Positions 52,682-64,000 of a stretch of 64,000 bases of DNA are shown in pieces (position 1 is the stretch's first letter; the number at the start of each line of letters is the position of its first letter). The position numbers and the translations under genes were made by a program. The notes beneath the pieces were generated by a model, which was given only the letters and a program-made list of their open reading frames with translations, did not search any database and had not been told where the DNA came from. Source of the DNA: Octopus bimaculoides (lineage: Eukaryota); contig NC_068982.1 in NCBI RefSeq assembly GCF_001194135.2, positions 97,879,724 through 97,943,723 of the forward strand, read 5' to 3'.

Positions 52682-53837
52682 GCCTAAACAATATAAAACC
52701 AATACATACGATTGCAGCGAATGCTTGGCTACTACAGATAAGAACATGTAAGCAAAATGATGCAAATGATTACAAAAAAGAAAAAAAAACTAAATTTATG
52801 TGGATTACATATTCAGTAGAGGATTTATATTTTAACACTAGAAAACAATTATACATAACATACGGCTTATCAGTTAATCTCTTGTTAGATCGAAAACGGT
52901 ATATCTGGAGGACAACTGTCTCCAAACCACATGACATTCTTTACTGGGTCGAGCAAATAATAGACACATAAATACCATTTCCATACTACTACTATCTCTA
53001 TACCTATTGCCTTTTTTTTTTATCTCGCACTTTCTTTCTTATATTACGCAAATACATACAACACACATACATATATATTTAGAGCGTGTATATATATATA
53101 TGAACACACACATATTTATACACACATATATATACGTATGTTTTTCATTTATATATTTATATAAATATCAATGAAATTCCAACTTAGTCTGATTTTCACA
53201 TTTTATCATTTACAATTTTTATGCAATTTTGCTGGCTTCTGGAGCCTACCGGCGAGTATTTTGCGGGAGATTTGGCAGGATGGTCATTCGCCCGCTGACA
53301 TTCGTTGACGCTGCATCGAAGAAACCAAAGAACAAAAGAAAAAAGGAGAAAGAAGAAATACACTCAACACCAGAGCTGAACACAGCTCCGAAAGTGGGGG
53401 GGGGCGCCACGTCGAAAACAGTAGAGAAGTAGGGACCAAAACCAGACGTGGTTCCTCCTGATGATGTCTTTAGTCACTGGATCTTATAAAGGAGTTGCTG
53501 AGCTGTTACAGGAGCGTAAGCAAACCGATGCCAATTGTCAAGCTTAGTGGTGGAAGAGGGTGGAGTACAAACACAAAGAATCGCGNNNNNNNNNNAAAAA
53601 GGAGAAAGAAGAAATACACTCAACACCAGAGCTGAACACAGCTCCGAAAGTGGGGGGGGGCGCCACGTCGAAAACAGTAGAGAAGTAGGGACCAAAACCA
53701 GACGTGGTTCCTCCTGATGATGTCTTTAGTCACTGGATCTTATAAAGGAGTTGCTGAGCTGTTACAGGAGCGTAAGCAAACCGATGCCAATTGTCAAGCT
53801 TAGTGGTGGAAGAGGGTGGAGTACAAACACAAAGAAT

Positions 53838-53879
<42 letters not shown>

Positions 53880-53890
<11 letters not shown>

Positions 53891-54681
53891 TTGACGAGCT
53901 TCCGCACAATTTCTGTCTTCTAAATTCACTTTGGTCGGTCCGGAGCTATAGTACAAGACACTTAACCGAAGTGCCGGGCAGTGAAACTGAACTCGAAAAA
54001 CACATGGTCGCAAAGTGAGCTTTTTAACCACACAGTCATGCCTGCACCAATATATGAATACTTAAACATCCGCTTATAGATTAATATCCATATTTATTAC
54101 GAAAATTTCTTTTCGCGTATACACGCATATAAATATAGAGAATAAAGACGGTGAAACACAGAAAAAGAAGCGAGTACTAATCAGAGAAAACAGAAACTAA
54201 GAGAGAGTACACTGAGTATTAAAGTGAGAGAGAGAAAAGACGAGAAAAGCTTTACAAAATGGAGTTTATCTAATTTTTATATATTTCTAAATAGATGTCG
54301 TTAATGCAAACAACAGATCGTTACAAACAATTAATTAATTATTAATATAGACAATAATTAATTAATTAATAACATGATGTCACATTTACAAACACCAGTC
54401 TACTTTTTAAAATAGATTATGATAGGTCGAGATACTGTATTTATTGCGAGATACTATATTTATTGATAGAGATACTCTTTTACTCTTTTACTCTTTTACT
54501 TGTTTCAGTCATTTGACTGCGACCATGCTGGAGCACCACCTTTAGTCGAGCAAATCGACTCCAGGACTTATTCTTTGGAAGCCTAGTACTTATTCTATCG
54601 GTCTCTTTTGCCGAACCGCTAAGTACGGGGACGTAAACACACCAGCATCGGTTGTCAAGCGATGTTGGGGGGACAAACACA

Positions 54682-54719
<38 letters not shown>

Positions 54720-54940
54720 NNNNNNNNNNNNNNNNNNNNNNNNNNNNNNNNNNNNNNNNNNNNNNNNNNNNNNNNNNNNNNNNNNNNNNNNNNNNNNNNN
54801 NNNNNNNNNNNNNNNNNNNNNNNNNNNNNNNNNNNNNNNNNNNNNNNNNNNNNNNNNNNNNNNNNNNNNNNNNNNNNNNNNNNNNNNNNNNNNNNNNNNN
54901 NNNNNNNNNNNNNNNNNNNNNNNNNNNNNNNNNNNNNNNN

Positions 54941-54977
<37 letters not shown>

Positions 54978-55135
54978 TACGACAGGCTTTTTTCAGTTTC
55001 CGTCTACCAAATCCACTCACAAGGCTTTGGTCGGCCCGAGGCTATAGTAGAAGACACTTGCTCAAGATGCCACGCAGTGGGAATGAACTCGGAACCATGT
55101 GGTTGGTAAGCAAGCTACTTACCACACAGTCACTC
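53880..55135 (-). mobile_element. Family A SINEs: head (53880-54045) and full copy (54478-55135)
   Basis: Shared head and tail motifs. Confidence 0.85.
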
Positions 55136-55411
55136 CTGATAAAAGTTTGCACACACACACCGACCCGTGAAGATGTATATCTGTGTGCGCGCGCGCGTGT
55201 TAAAATATAGTTAGAAGAGTTGTTACAATAGAACAGAGTACAGTGTATCGTAGAAATAAGAGAGCAAGGTGTGCAGATAGTCTCTTACCACTGTTTTCAG
55301 AAGAGAGGCACATTAGAGGCATGTGGTGCTTTCTCAGAAGCATTCCATACATTAGCAGACTATGCCATCTTTAGAAAAGGAAGAACTGAGGTACATCCTC
55401 AGTAGAGTATT

Positions 55412-56145
55412 TTAGAAGTTAGCATTTATTGTATATACCGCAACTCTAACACTGTTTTTATATCTTTCTTCATTGGTGGAGGCTCTATGTCTTAGTAGTT
55501 CGATCTCTGATTTTAGATGGAATAATGCTAACCTTTCCCTAATAGTCCTCTGTCTATCAGGTTCATTTGGCATTGTTTTGATTTGGAATTTGCGTGGGAG
55601 AATGATTGCTGTTGAGTTCATCCATCCCTCGTAGATATCTGCTTTGTTGGAATTTTTTATCATATTCCAGAAAGCGAGTTTTCTATTATGGAGGTTTGTG
55701 TTCCAGATGTTCTCTATTTTTCTTTTTGTTAGATTGACTTGTGTAAGTATGACGTCCTGGTGTGTTTCATTTGGTGTGCATTGGTTGTTGTTCGGTTTGC
55801 TTGTGAAGACTGACTTTAGTGTCGTGCATAGAGTGTTTAAATCTTTACTAATTTGTTCTTGTTTTAAAATGAATTCGTTGAAAGTGTCGTGGAGAAGAGG
55901 TTGTTGTTCATTGTTGGGTTTGTTAATGAACATTGAGCTGAGGGTTGTGCTTAAAAGTTGTACACCATTACTAACCTGATCAGTGTAGTGAGTTGTTTCA
56001 TCACTGTTTTTCCTCTCCCGGGCGAGTAGATTTGAGTCTTCGATTTTGTTATTTAAGGTAATGAGGTGTGAGTTAATATTTTTGAGTTCTTTAAGTATGT
56101 CCTCGTTTGTAATTTTATCTGAAGTATTAGTCTTCTGGAAATAAT
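55412..56145 (-). CDS. Stop-free frame of about 240 codons, unidentified, probably transposon-derived
   Basis: Open from ~56145 (QKTNTSDKITNEDILKELKNINSHLITLNNKIED...) through IWNTNLHNRKLAFWNMIKN...ILPRKFQIK...EIELLRHR; not low complexity. Confidence 0.5.
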
Positions 56146-56169
56146 AAATTAACAGGAATCTTTATCAAC

Positions 56170-56625
56170 CTTTTGAAACCCCCTTTCCCAATACCACAGA
56201 TTTGCTTGTCAGTTGTTTGACCTTATCCAGTTGAGCATACCCCTTGGTGACTGACGATATGTGCATCTCTGATCATGAGCAGAAGTAGTGGGGGAGCATC
56301 ATAGCCATGTGTTGAGAGGAATTCCTTGGGGTTTGAACAATTCACCTTTGGAATCATGGGTGTTTTGCTCGACATCCTTAAACAAACCTTATTCAGGGAC
56401 CTTTTGAGTGGAATGGGCTACTGAACCTGACGAAAATTCTAACTGGGCCCCACCTGCAAGGTCATGCGCTGTTTATCTTGATATGAGATCACCATGTCGC
56501 GCACATATGGTTGTGATGCTTGTGCCTTGTGTACCCTTATCAGACGGGTAGTCATGATGGGTATACTGGGCTTCGCATATTTGTACCCCAGTGTCGCTTT
56601 GATGGCATGCATTGCTCTCTCACTC

Positions 56626-56689
<64 letters not shown>

Positions 56690-56690
56690 G
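56170..56690 (+). mobile_element. Family E repeat ending in an (AAT)n tail
   Basis: Shared motif with 32229-32420; (AAT)n at ~56627-56690. Confidence 0.55.
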
Positions 56691-57430
56691 TACTGTCAGC
56701 TATAACGTAAACCCCCAAAATGAGAATAGTAATATTAATGATGATGTGGAAAATAGAAGTGACAGTGGTAGTACTTCTAATATAAAAAATATAGATTGTA
56801 GTTCCGGTGCCTATGCGAGCATGGAAATTATTGGTTTGTTTGTTGATGTAGAAGCAGATTTAAATGATACTACGATTGAGTGGGAGGTAGATAATAACAG
56901 ACGTGAACATAACATACTTGATAATAGAAATATTAATAGTGAAAATAATAATAATAACATGAATTTTAATAATACTAATATTAATAGTAGTATTTCTCCT
57001 AGTTGCAATTGTAGAGTTAAATCCCACTGTCCGTTATTAAACCGATGTCTTACCCAGAACGTAATTTATAAATGTACAATAATAACTACAACTAGTAATT
57101 TTATATATATTGGTTGTTCCATTAATATGAAAAAAATGTCCTGACAATCACATGTCCTCTTTTAAACTTAAACATAAGGCGAATTGTACGTCATTATCTA
57201 GTAAGATTTGGGAACTGAAGGAAAGCAGAATTGGGTTTAGCCTTAAATGGGAAATAATAAGAAAAGTACAGCCTTATAGTAATAGTAGATATGGGTGTGA
57301 GTTGTGCTCTATGGAAACATCTGAAATTTTTAAGCATAAAGATAAGTGCAACCTGATTAATAATATATTAGACCTTAGGGTATCATGCGTGCATAGTGTC
57401 ACCCATACTTTTAAATATTTTCGAAAGTAG
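56690..57430 (+). mobile_element. Penelope-like GIY-YIG endonuclease, frameshifted, no RT visible
   Basis: CNCRVKSHCPLLNRCLTQNVIYKC...YIGCS; A7 run 57130-57136 shifts frame into NHMSSFK...TSLSSKIWELK...LKWEII...CELCSMETSEIF. Confidence 0.85.
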
Positions 57431-57499
57431 CACTTTATAGGTCTTGTGCTTCAACTGATTTGGATGGAAACTTACTTTTAATATTTTTAGTTTGGAAAT

Positions 57500-58700
57500 T
57501 AAAGTACATTGCATATATTACAATATAATAAAAGCTATATAATATAGTTAATCAGTGTGCTAAACAGAGTTAGTATACTATCCATATAAATTTTCCTGCG
57601 TGGTTGGTCAGATTTCATCATGGTTTTAGTAATTACTCTATTTATCACTTTCCTAAAGTGATAAATAGACCCTCCTGATCTTAGTATTTATAAGGGCCTT
57701 TATGTAAGTAGCCCTTCTAATTAAGTACCCTTAAGAAACTATAATATCATGCATGGATTCACACTAAAAACTTTTAAAACCTATATTATACCTATTAGTT
57801 TATAATTAATATATAGTTAACGTTCCTATAACATCAATATTCCTTTAGTTAATACCAGGTGTCAGTCTTTATAGATACAAACTAAATAAGTAAATAAACA
57901 ATTTTTAGTTTAAATACTTGAATTATCATACATTTTCTATAAAATCTTCTCTACTGATGTTAATAAGGTATATATACTTCATCATGGTTTTAGTGATTAA
58001 GCTATTTAATTCCTTTTCTATGATGTTCTACCCTTCCAGATAATTTTATTATTTTATAATACCCTTTATGAAATAAACCTAATTTTTGTACCCTAGAAAT
58101 TCATATTTAGCTTATATATAACAGTACCAGCATCTTCACAACTTACAGTAAACTGCTTAGATTATAATTTAATTAATATAAAGTTAGTATGTTCTTTCGC
58201 CTTTATTAAATACCACTATCTAATAAGTTAATATTTATGTATAGCGGTTCGGCAAAAGAGACCGATAGAATAAGTACTAGGTTTCCAAAGAATAAGTCCT
58301 GGGGTCGATTTGCTCGACTAAAGGCGGTGCTCCAGCATGGCCACAGTCAAAAGACTGAAACAAGTAAAAGAGTAAAAGAGTAAATATTAAACTATTCCTA
58401 TGTAATTTCTTTCCTCCTTCTATTGTGGTAAATTTTGGTATATACTCAAAAGTATTCAAAACTTTTATCTTTTTGGTTATAATATTCTTCTTAATAATCT
58501 TTTTGATAACCCTAAAGTTTAACTTTATATAATATAGCAATATTGTTTAAAGTATTCAACTATAGTATCCCATGATAAAATTTCCCCTGTATTATCATCA
58601 TTGGTTTTACTAGAGTCTTGCCCCTTTATTTGACAGCTGACATCTTGATTTAAGATTTCCTTTACCAAATCTCATTATATTGCTTCAAATTAATCTTGAT
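57500..58700 (+). repeat. About three diverged tandem units (~360 bp), pseudo-LTR-like
   Basis: CATCAT(T)GGTTTTA recurs at ~57617, ~57980 and ~58597 with homologous flanks. Confidence 0.65.
58240..58385 (+). mobile_element. SINE family A tail inserted in the tandem units
   Basis: AGCGGTTCGGCAAAAGAGACCGATAGAATAAGTACTAGG...GAAACAAGTAAAAGAGTAAAAGAG. Confidence 0.9.
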
Positions 58701-59458
58701 AGTTTTATGACTATACCCACTATGATTTCTGTCGACTCCCTCAGCCCTTTTCCTAACAGACACTGCTCCTTGTTCCTTGGCCTTAGATTTTGATATACAA
58801 AGATTTGATAAACAAGACTATAAATTAAAACTGATCCCAAGAAACAGTGACAAGCTAGATCTCTAACAAGTCCTTTTTCCTCGTACCTTAGTAGCTTCTA
58901 AGCTGAAGTGGAAACAGCATGTTCTTTGTCTATCTCCTTACCTTCTTGGTGGTTTTAGGTAGAATTATACTAATGTGTCTANNNNNNNNNNNNNNNNNNN
59001 NNNNNNNNNNNNNNNNNNNNNNNNNNNNNNNNNNNNNNNNNNNNNNNNNNNNNNNNNNNNNNNNNNNNNNNNNNNNNNNNNNNNNNNNNNNNNNNNNNNN
59101 NNNNNNNNNNNNNNNNNNNNNNNNNNNNNNNNNNNNNNNNNNNNNNNNNNNNNNNNNNNNNNNNNNNNNNNNNNNNNNNNNNNNNNNNNNNNNNNNNNNN
59201 NNNNNNNNNNNNNNNNNNNNNNNNNNNNNNNNNNNNNNNNNNNNNNNNNNNNNNNNNNNNNNNNNNNNNNNNNNNNNNNNNNNNNNNNNNNNNNNNNNNN
59301 NNNNNNNNNNNNNNNNNNNNNNNNNNNNNNNNNNNNNNNNNNNNNNNNNNNNNNNNNNNNNNNNNNNNNNNNNNNNNNNNNNNNNNNNNNNNNNNNNNNN
59401 NNNNNNNNNNNNNNNNNNNNNNNNNNNNNNNNNNNNNNNNNNNNNNNNNNNNNNNNNN

Positions 59459-59535
<77 letters not shown>

Positions 59536-59999
59536 ACGCAGAAATTGAACATCATGAAATCTAGTCCAACAGACGTTAGCAACTGTTCTTCATTGACATA
59601 ATTACATTCAGTTGAATAGAATTGAAATTGATGGAGAGACATCTTTTTTTCTTTGTTTCATATTTAAATTGTTCTGGTGAACAACTGCCACTCCCTCAGT
59701 AATTTTAATTCAAAACTGATGTAGATTTTCGTCATTGTTTCCAATGAAATGGAAGAGTAATCATTAATTTGGACATTAATCTGTAAGTGTTCCATTGATC
59801 TGATTGAAGTCTGCTGTATTTCCTTACAAAAAACAACTTATAAGATTTGCTGATGGAGAAGAAAATAAAGCGCGTGTGTATTTTATTATAAATTATAATT
59901 AAAAAAAGAAAGAAGGAAAACTACGTTAATTTACAAAGTGCTGAGGAACGAATCTCCAACTTTAAAAGTTGGTGTGTAAACTTTATCAAAAGTGTAAAG

Positions 60000-60320
60000 T
60001 TTCAGAATATCTATGTCTGTAGGAAGCTGGAAAGACAAGGTAACAGACACTGGAAGTTCAAAGACACCTACTGTAGGGAATCAAGTTCATAAAGCTATTA
60101 TATTTTGAACTTATGATGCACCACGAATCCTTGCTTAAGACCACCCTGACAGGAAATATGGAAGAGAAAAAAGCAAGACGCCGTCCATCAAAGACTTTTG
60201 TGGACTGACGATATCAAAGAAAGGACTTAGAAACAAGAGTCCAGCTGAATGTTTGAATGCAGCATAATACAGAGGAAACTGGAGAGTCTTCGTTAGCCGA
60301 TTCTTGGTCACAAACAGAAC
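60000..60320 (+). mobile_element. RTE-clade LINE 3' fragment
   Basis: SWKDKVT...HESLLKTTLTGNMEEKKARRRP..WTDDIKE, frameshifted. Confidence 0.65.
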
Positions 60321-62094
60321 ATCGGGCTGATGGCTGACGAGGTCCTTAAGTAAATTCCAGACGAATGAATACTGGATATTTCTATTGAGATGGCAGCCTA
60401 GCTGTTTGGAAGCTTTACGTTTACAATTTTGTGACAAATCTCTCCAAGATCAAAGCAATCCCATCTTCTTCCGGAGTCGATATATGATGTCGTAGGACAA
60501 TCAGATGAATGTCCGTCGAAGTTTGTTCCTAGCCAAAAGAAATCATTAGTAACAAGTGGTGGGATGGCGAAGTGGCAAGCCTTTAAAGCGCTGAACAAAA
60601 CTGCGTGTGCTATTTTGTTACATTTATGCAATTTTGAGTTGAAATCCAGCTGAGATCGACATTCCCTTTCGCCTCTTGGGTCTATTAAAAAGAGTACCAG
60701 TCAAAATACTGGGATCGACTTAGGGGAACCTTTACCCTAAATTTTGCCTCCTTTCTATTTTTGTACCTATTATTGTCTGTATATTTCTGATTGTAGATTG
60801 ACAGAATCATTAGAGCGTCGACCAAAATGCCATTCGGTATTTTTCCTGGTTCTTCACAGTCTCGGTTCAAATGCCGTCAAGATCCAGGGCCTTTATTTAA
60901 AGTGCCAGTTAAGGGCTGGAGCCGATGAAAACAATTAACCTGTCCTTCAAAATGCTGTTCCTTGCATCTTAGCTAGAAAGTATTAGTTTTCTATATTTTT
61001 GGCGAATGTCGCAAACTAGAAATATATGTCAAGCATGTCTGTTAGTCCATGAGTTGGTTTCGATTTTCTATGGAAAAGACTTCACTCTTTCTTGTCATCA
61101 ACGGCAACTTAAAGAAGAAAACTTCGACCTCTCATATTCCAATTTGTTTTCTTCTTATTGCTCAAATATCTTTCAGTTTCTTTGTAAGTACCAATCATAA
61201 TTGATTTTTGTCATAATTATTAGTTGTCTTCAAGCTGACGAAAATGACGAAAGCAAGTAGTAACTTTTACGATATCTACCTCAAATATCTTACTCTTTTA
61301 AAAGTTCGAAACTGTCTATGGTCAATGAAACATGTATCTGTAACAAATTAAAGTCGTACGTTGTGTTATAGTATATAATTTCTTCCCTTACAAATACTGA
61401 ATTCAGAACTAGTTTCCTTGCTCTAAGATAATAATGTAGATAAGTGAGTATTTGCTCCGATATTAGAGCTGAGTCGCCAGAAAAATCAATATGTTGGAGT
61501 CGAGTCAATCAAGTGAGATGACATTCAGGCTAAGAGAAGGAAATTGTTACTAAGTCTGTGTCGGATGAGTTCACCAACAGTTCAGCAACAGTTCACCAAC
61601 AGTTCACGAATGCTGCAACTCGCCTCCTCCCCACCTTTTTAAACCTAAGGCTTAAATGCTGATGAAATGATAAAAGAAATGATAAATGTCTTCTCTAGCA
61701 ACATGGATTCATAAAGATTGATACTTAACTGTAGATTGAATAAAGTTAAGCGGATGAGAAATGATCAGATAAATGAACTGAGGCGAGCAGAATTATACTT
61801 TCTTCGTGGAGACAGTCAAACACCTGCAACAGGTATGAACTGAAAACTGACGAAGGTGTTAATTCAATATATCTTGCAGATAGATATTTTCTCCGGAGTG
61901 GGGCAGGGAGGTGGATTGGCAAAATCGTTAGAGTGACCGACAAAATGCCTTGATCTATTCATTTCAGACTTTATGTTCCAAATTCTTACCTGTAAATAGT
62001 GAATATAGAAATCGTTTCTTCAATCTAGGATAGATAACGTAAGCAGTATCATCCTGACGTAGATAAAAAATAAAGTACTAGTCTCTGTAAAGAA

Positions 62095-62240
62095 CCGTGG
62101 CTTAGTGTTTAGAGTGCTCGGCTCGTGCTCGTGGGTTCAGTTCCAGAGTTTGACACACGTTGTGCTCTTGAACAAGACACATCATTTCACGTTCCTCCAA
62201 ACTATTCAGCTGTACATAAGCACCATCTGGGTAGGGGTAT
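62095..62240 (+). mobile_element. SINE family C fragment
   Basis: GTGGCTTAGTGTTTAGAGTG...CTTGAACAAGACACATCATTTCACGTT. Confidence 0.6.
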
Positions 62241-63104
62241 AGCTCTCTCTCTCGCTCACTTCGCTGGTTCAAGAGTCTGAGGGCTGAATAGATACCTAAA
62301 ACAATTATCGAAAGCATGGTATAAGTTACCAGGGTGTAGTAGCTCATGCAGTGGGTTAACAGGGTACAGTACAACTCAAACTCCCCACACAACTGTGGGG
62401 CAACATCAACAGATTTCCTACGAGCACCTGTTGAGAGGGGATTGGTGTACACTGTCATCACACCAATATCATCTATCTGTATTACTTTATATTACTGTCA
62501 ATACAATACATTCAGATACACAATCATTCATTTATATATATATACTCCTCCCTCTATCTCTCCCTTCCTCCTCCTCTCTCTCTCTCTCTCTAGCTCTTGC
62601 TTCCTGATGTTGGGCGTCATTAAAAAGACAACGTATCTTAAGAAATCATTGTTAAACAACTATTTATCTCCCTTTCTATCTTAAAACATTTCTACAAATG
62701 GAAACCAGATCGGAAGCTACTACTAACCGAATGAAACTCTTTTGTCTTGAAAGCAGAGAGACTCAGTGGATAAATGTAGTTCTAGACACACATTGACCGA
62801 GTGAAAGAGAGATAGTGACGGCCATACATCTTTTTTGTCACTGCTGACCAAGGTATAAAAAACAATAAATACAAGTCTTGATTTTTTTGTTGTTTCTTTC
62901 TTGTCAGACAGTGGAAATAATGCGTTCAGTATTATCCAAAAGTAGGTCGCAGGTGAGTAGCAATGGACTGGCCAAAGGTTCCAATCTTTAGTTAAAGGAA
63001 AATTTTGGGTTTCGATCTTTACAAGTACATAAAAGTGTATTTGTATTCTTTTCGTGTGTATTTAAATACACACGAATTTACAAAATGCAAGCATACTTGT
63101 GTAA

Positions 63105-63560
63105 GACGAGGTGGTATCAAAAGGTTCCTGGACTAGTTATGTTTAATAAAAAATACTTTATTTACCCAAGTGTTAACATCATCGCTTTCGAAATAGTCAC
63201 CTTGCGCAGCGATACACCGGTTCCAGTGTTCCTGCCACTTTTGCAATCCGGCCTGGAAGTCGTTTTTCGAAAGCGAATCGAGGACCTTCTACGATTCGTT
63301 CTTCGTTTCAACAACGCTGTTCAAACGGTGACCTTTGAGCTGCATTTTCATCTTGGGGAAGAGATGGAAGTCTGCAAGCGCTAAATCTGGCGAATAGGGC
63401 AGGTGCAGAAGCGATACCATATTTAATTTTGTCGAGAAGTTCACGAGTGAAGAGAGCTCGGTGATAGGGTGCATTGTCGTAGCGAAGCATCCAATTCTAC
63501 GCGCTCCACTCATCTGGTCGCTTTCGCCGAATGTCCTCCCTCAAACGCTTCAAAACATAG
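63105..63560 (-). mobile_element. Mariner 3' half
   Basis: TIR-like GACGAGGTGGTATCAAAAGGTTCCTGGACT; YDNAPYH, PYSPDLALADFHLFPKMK, QKWQEHWNRCIAAQGDYFE; frameshifted. Confidence 0.85.
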
Positions 63561-64000
63561 TTGATTGTTCTCAGACGATCCTCACATATAACTGTGCATA
63601 TGTTTGTGCGCGCACGCGCGTGTGTGGCGGGGTTGCACACACACACACACGTGTGTGTATGCATATGATAACGGCTATTAATTTAGAAACATACCCATTG
63701 CTGTCCTGTTGTTTCCAGAGAATCAAACTGCCCCCCCCCCACCAATAATGACAATTTCGGAGAATTTTCTACTTGCACGAGATTATTTCCCCTTTTTATT
63801 TGCAATTTGTCGCATGAGGTATCTTTGTTTACTCTTCTCACAAACAGAAAATATCTTTCATGAAAAATAGAAAAAGCCATCGGAGAGGCAAAAAATTGGC
63901 ATTCAGGTTGGATTTCAACCCTTGACTTTCATTTCTCTGTGTAGAATGTCATCCAGCTCCAAAATTCCTAAATATCTATATCTACTACCGTCTGGTTCAC

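Noticed and set aside
53375-53475. Hairpin, GAAA, GTC and CTGATGA hammerhead-like pieces
   Set aside because: Order and pairing fit none of the type I-III topologies.
53340-53842. Identical ~246-bp direct repeat
   Set aside because: The copies flank a 10-N gap exactly, so this is almost certainly an unmerged contig overlap.
56494-56690. Hydrophobic signal-peptide-like N-terminus plus poly-Asn on the GIY-YIG ORF
   Set aside because: Derived from the family E repeat and its (AAT)n tail; chimeric by juxtaposition.
60330-60365. CTGACGAG...GACGAAT hammerhead-like motif
   Set aside because: GAAA is absent and stem II is out of register.

Overview
Eukaryotic, AT-rich draft-assembly DNA, dense in microsatellites and SINEs, with many N-gaps next to simple repeats. 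The repeat repertoire looks like an octopod cephalopod (Octopus-like); that is inference from family recall, not a database hit. Nearly all ORFs in the supplied track are microsatellite or gap artefacts. The main host signal is a spliced + strand WD40-repeat gene, probably FBXW-like, that the ORF track misses. Three phase-compatible exons (18964-19148, 28312-28455, 47997-48123) join into a coherent 151-aa WD40 C-terminus. Possible upstream exons lie at 3324-3352 and 8630-8831, and a decayed duplicate of one exon sits at about 17268-17500. The rest is transposon debris: several tRNA-headed SINE families with swapped tails, R4/Dong-like and RTE LINE fragments, four mariner relics (one with two 5' ends), a DD37D maT relic and two hAT MITEs. 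There are also Penelope-like GIY-YIG relics; one lacks visible RT, is followed by tandem repeats with degenerate hammerhead-like cores, and lies divergent to an unidentified ~240-codon open frame. Several long inverted repeats fall inside the inferred introns. No rRNA, true tRNA or CRISPR features are supported. Many repeat boundaries are approximate (read by eye).
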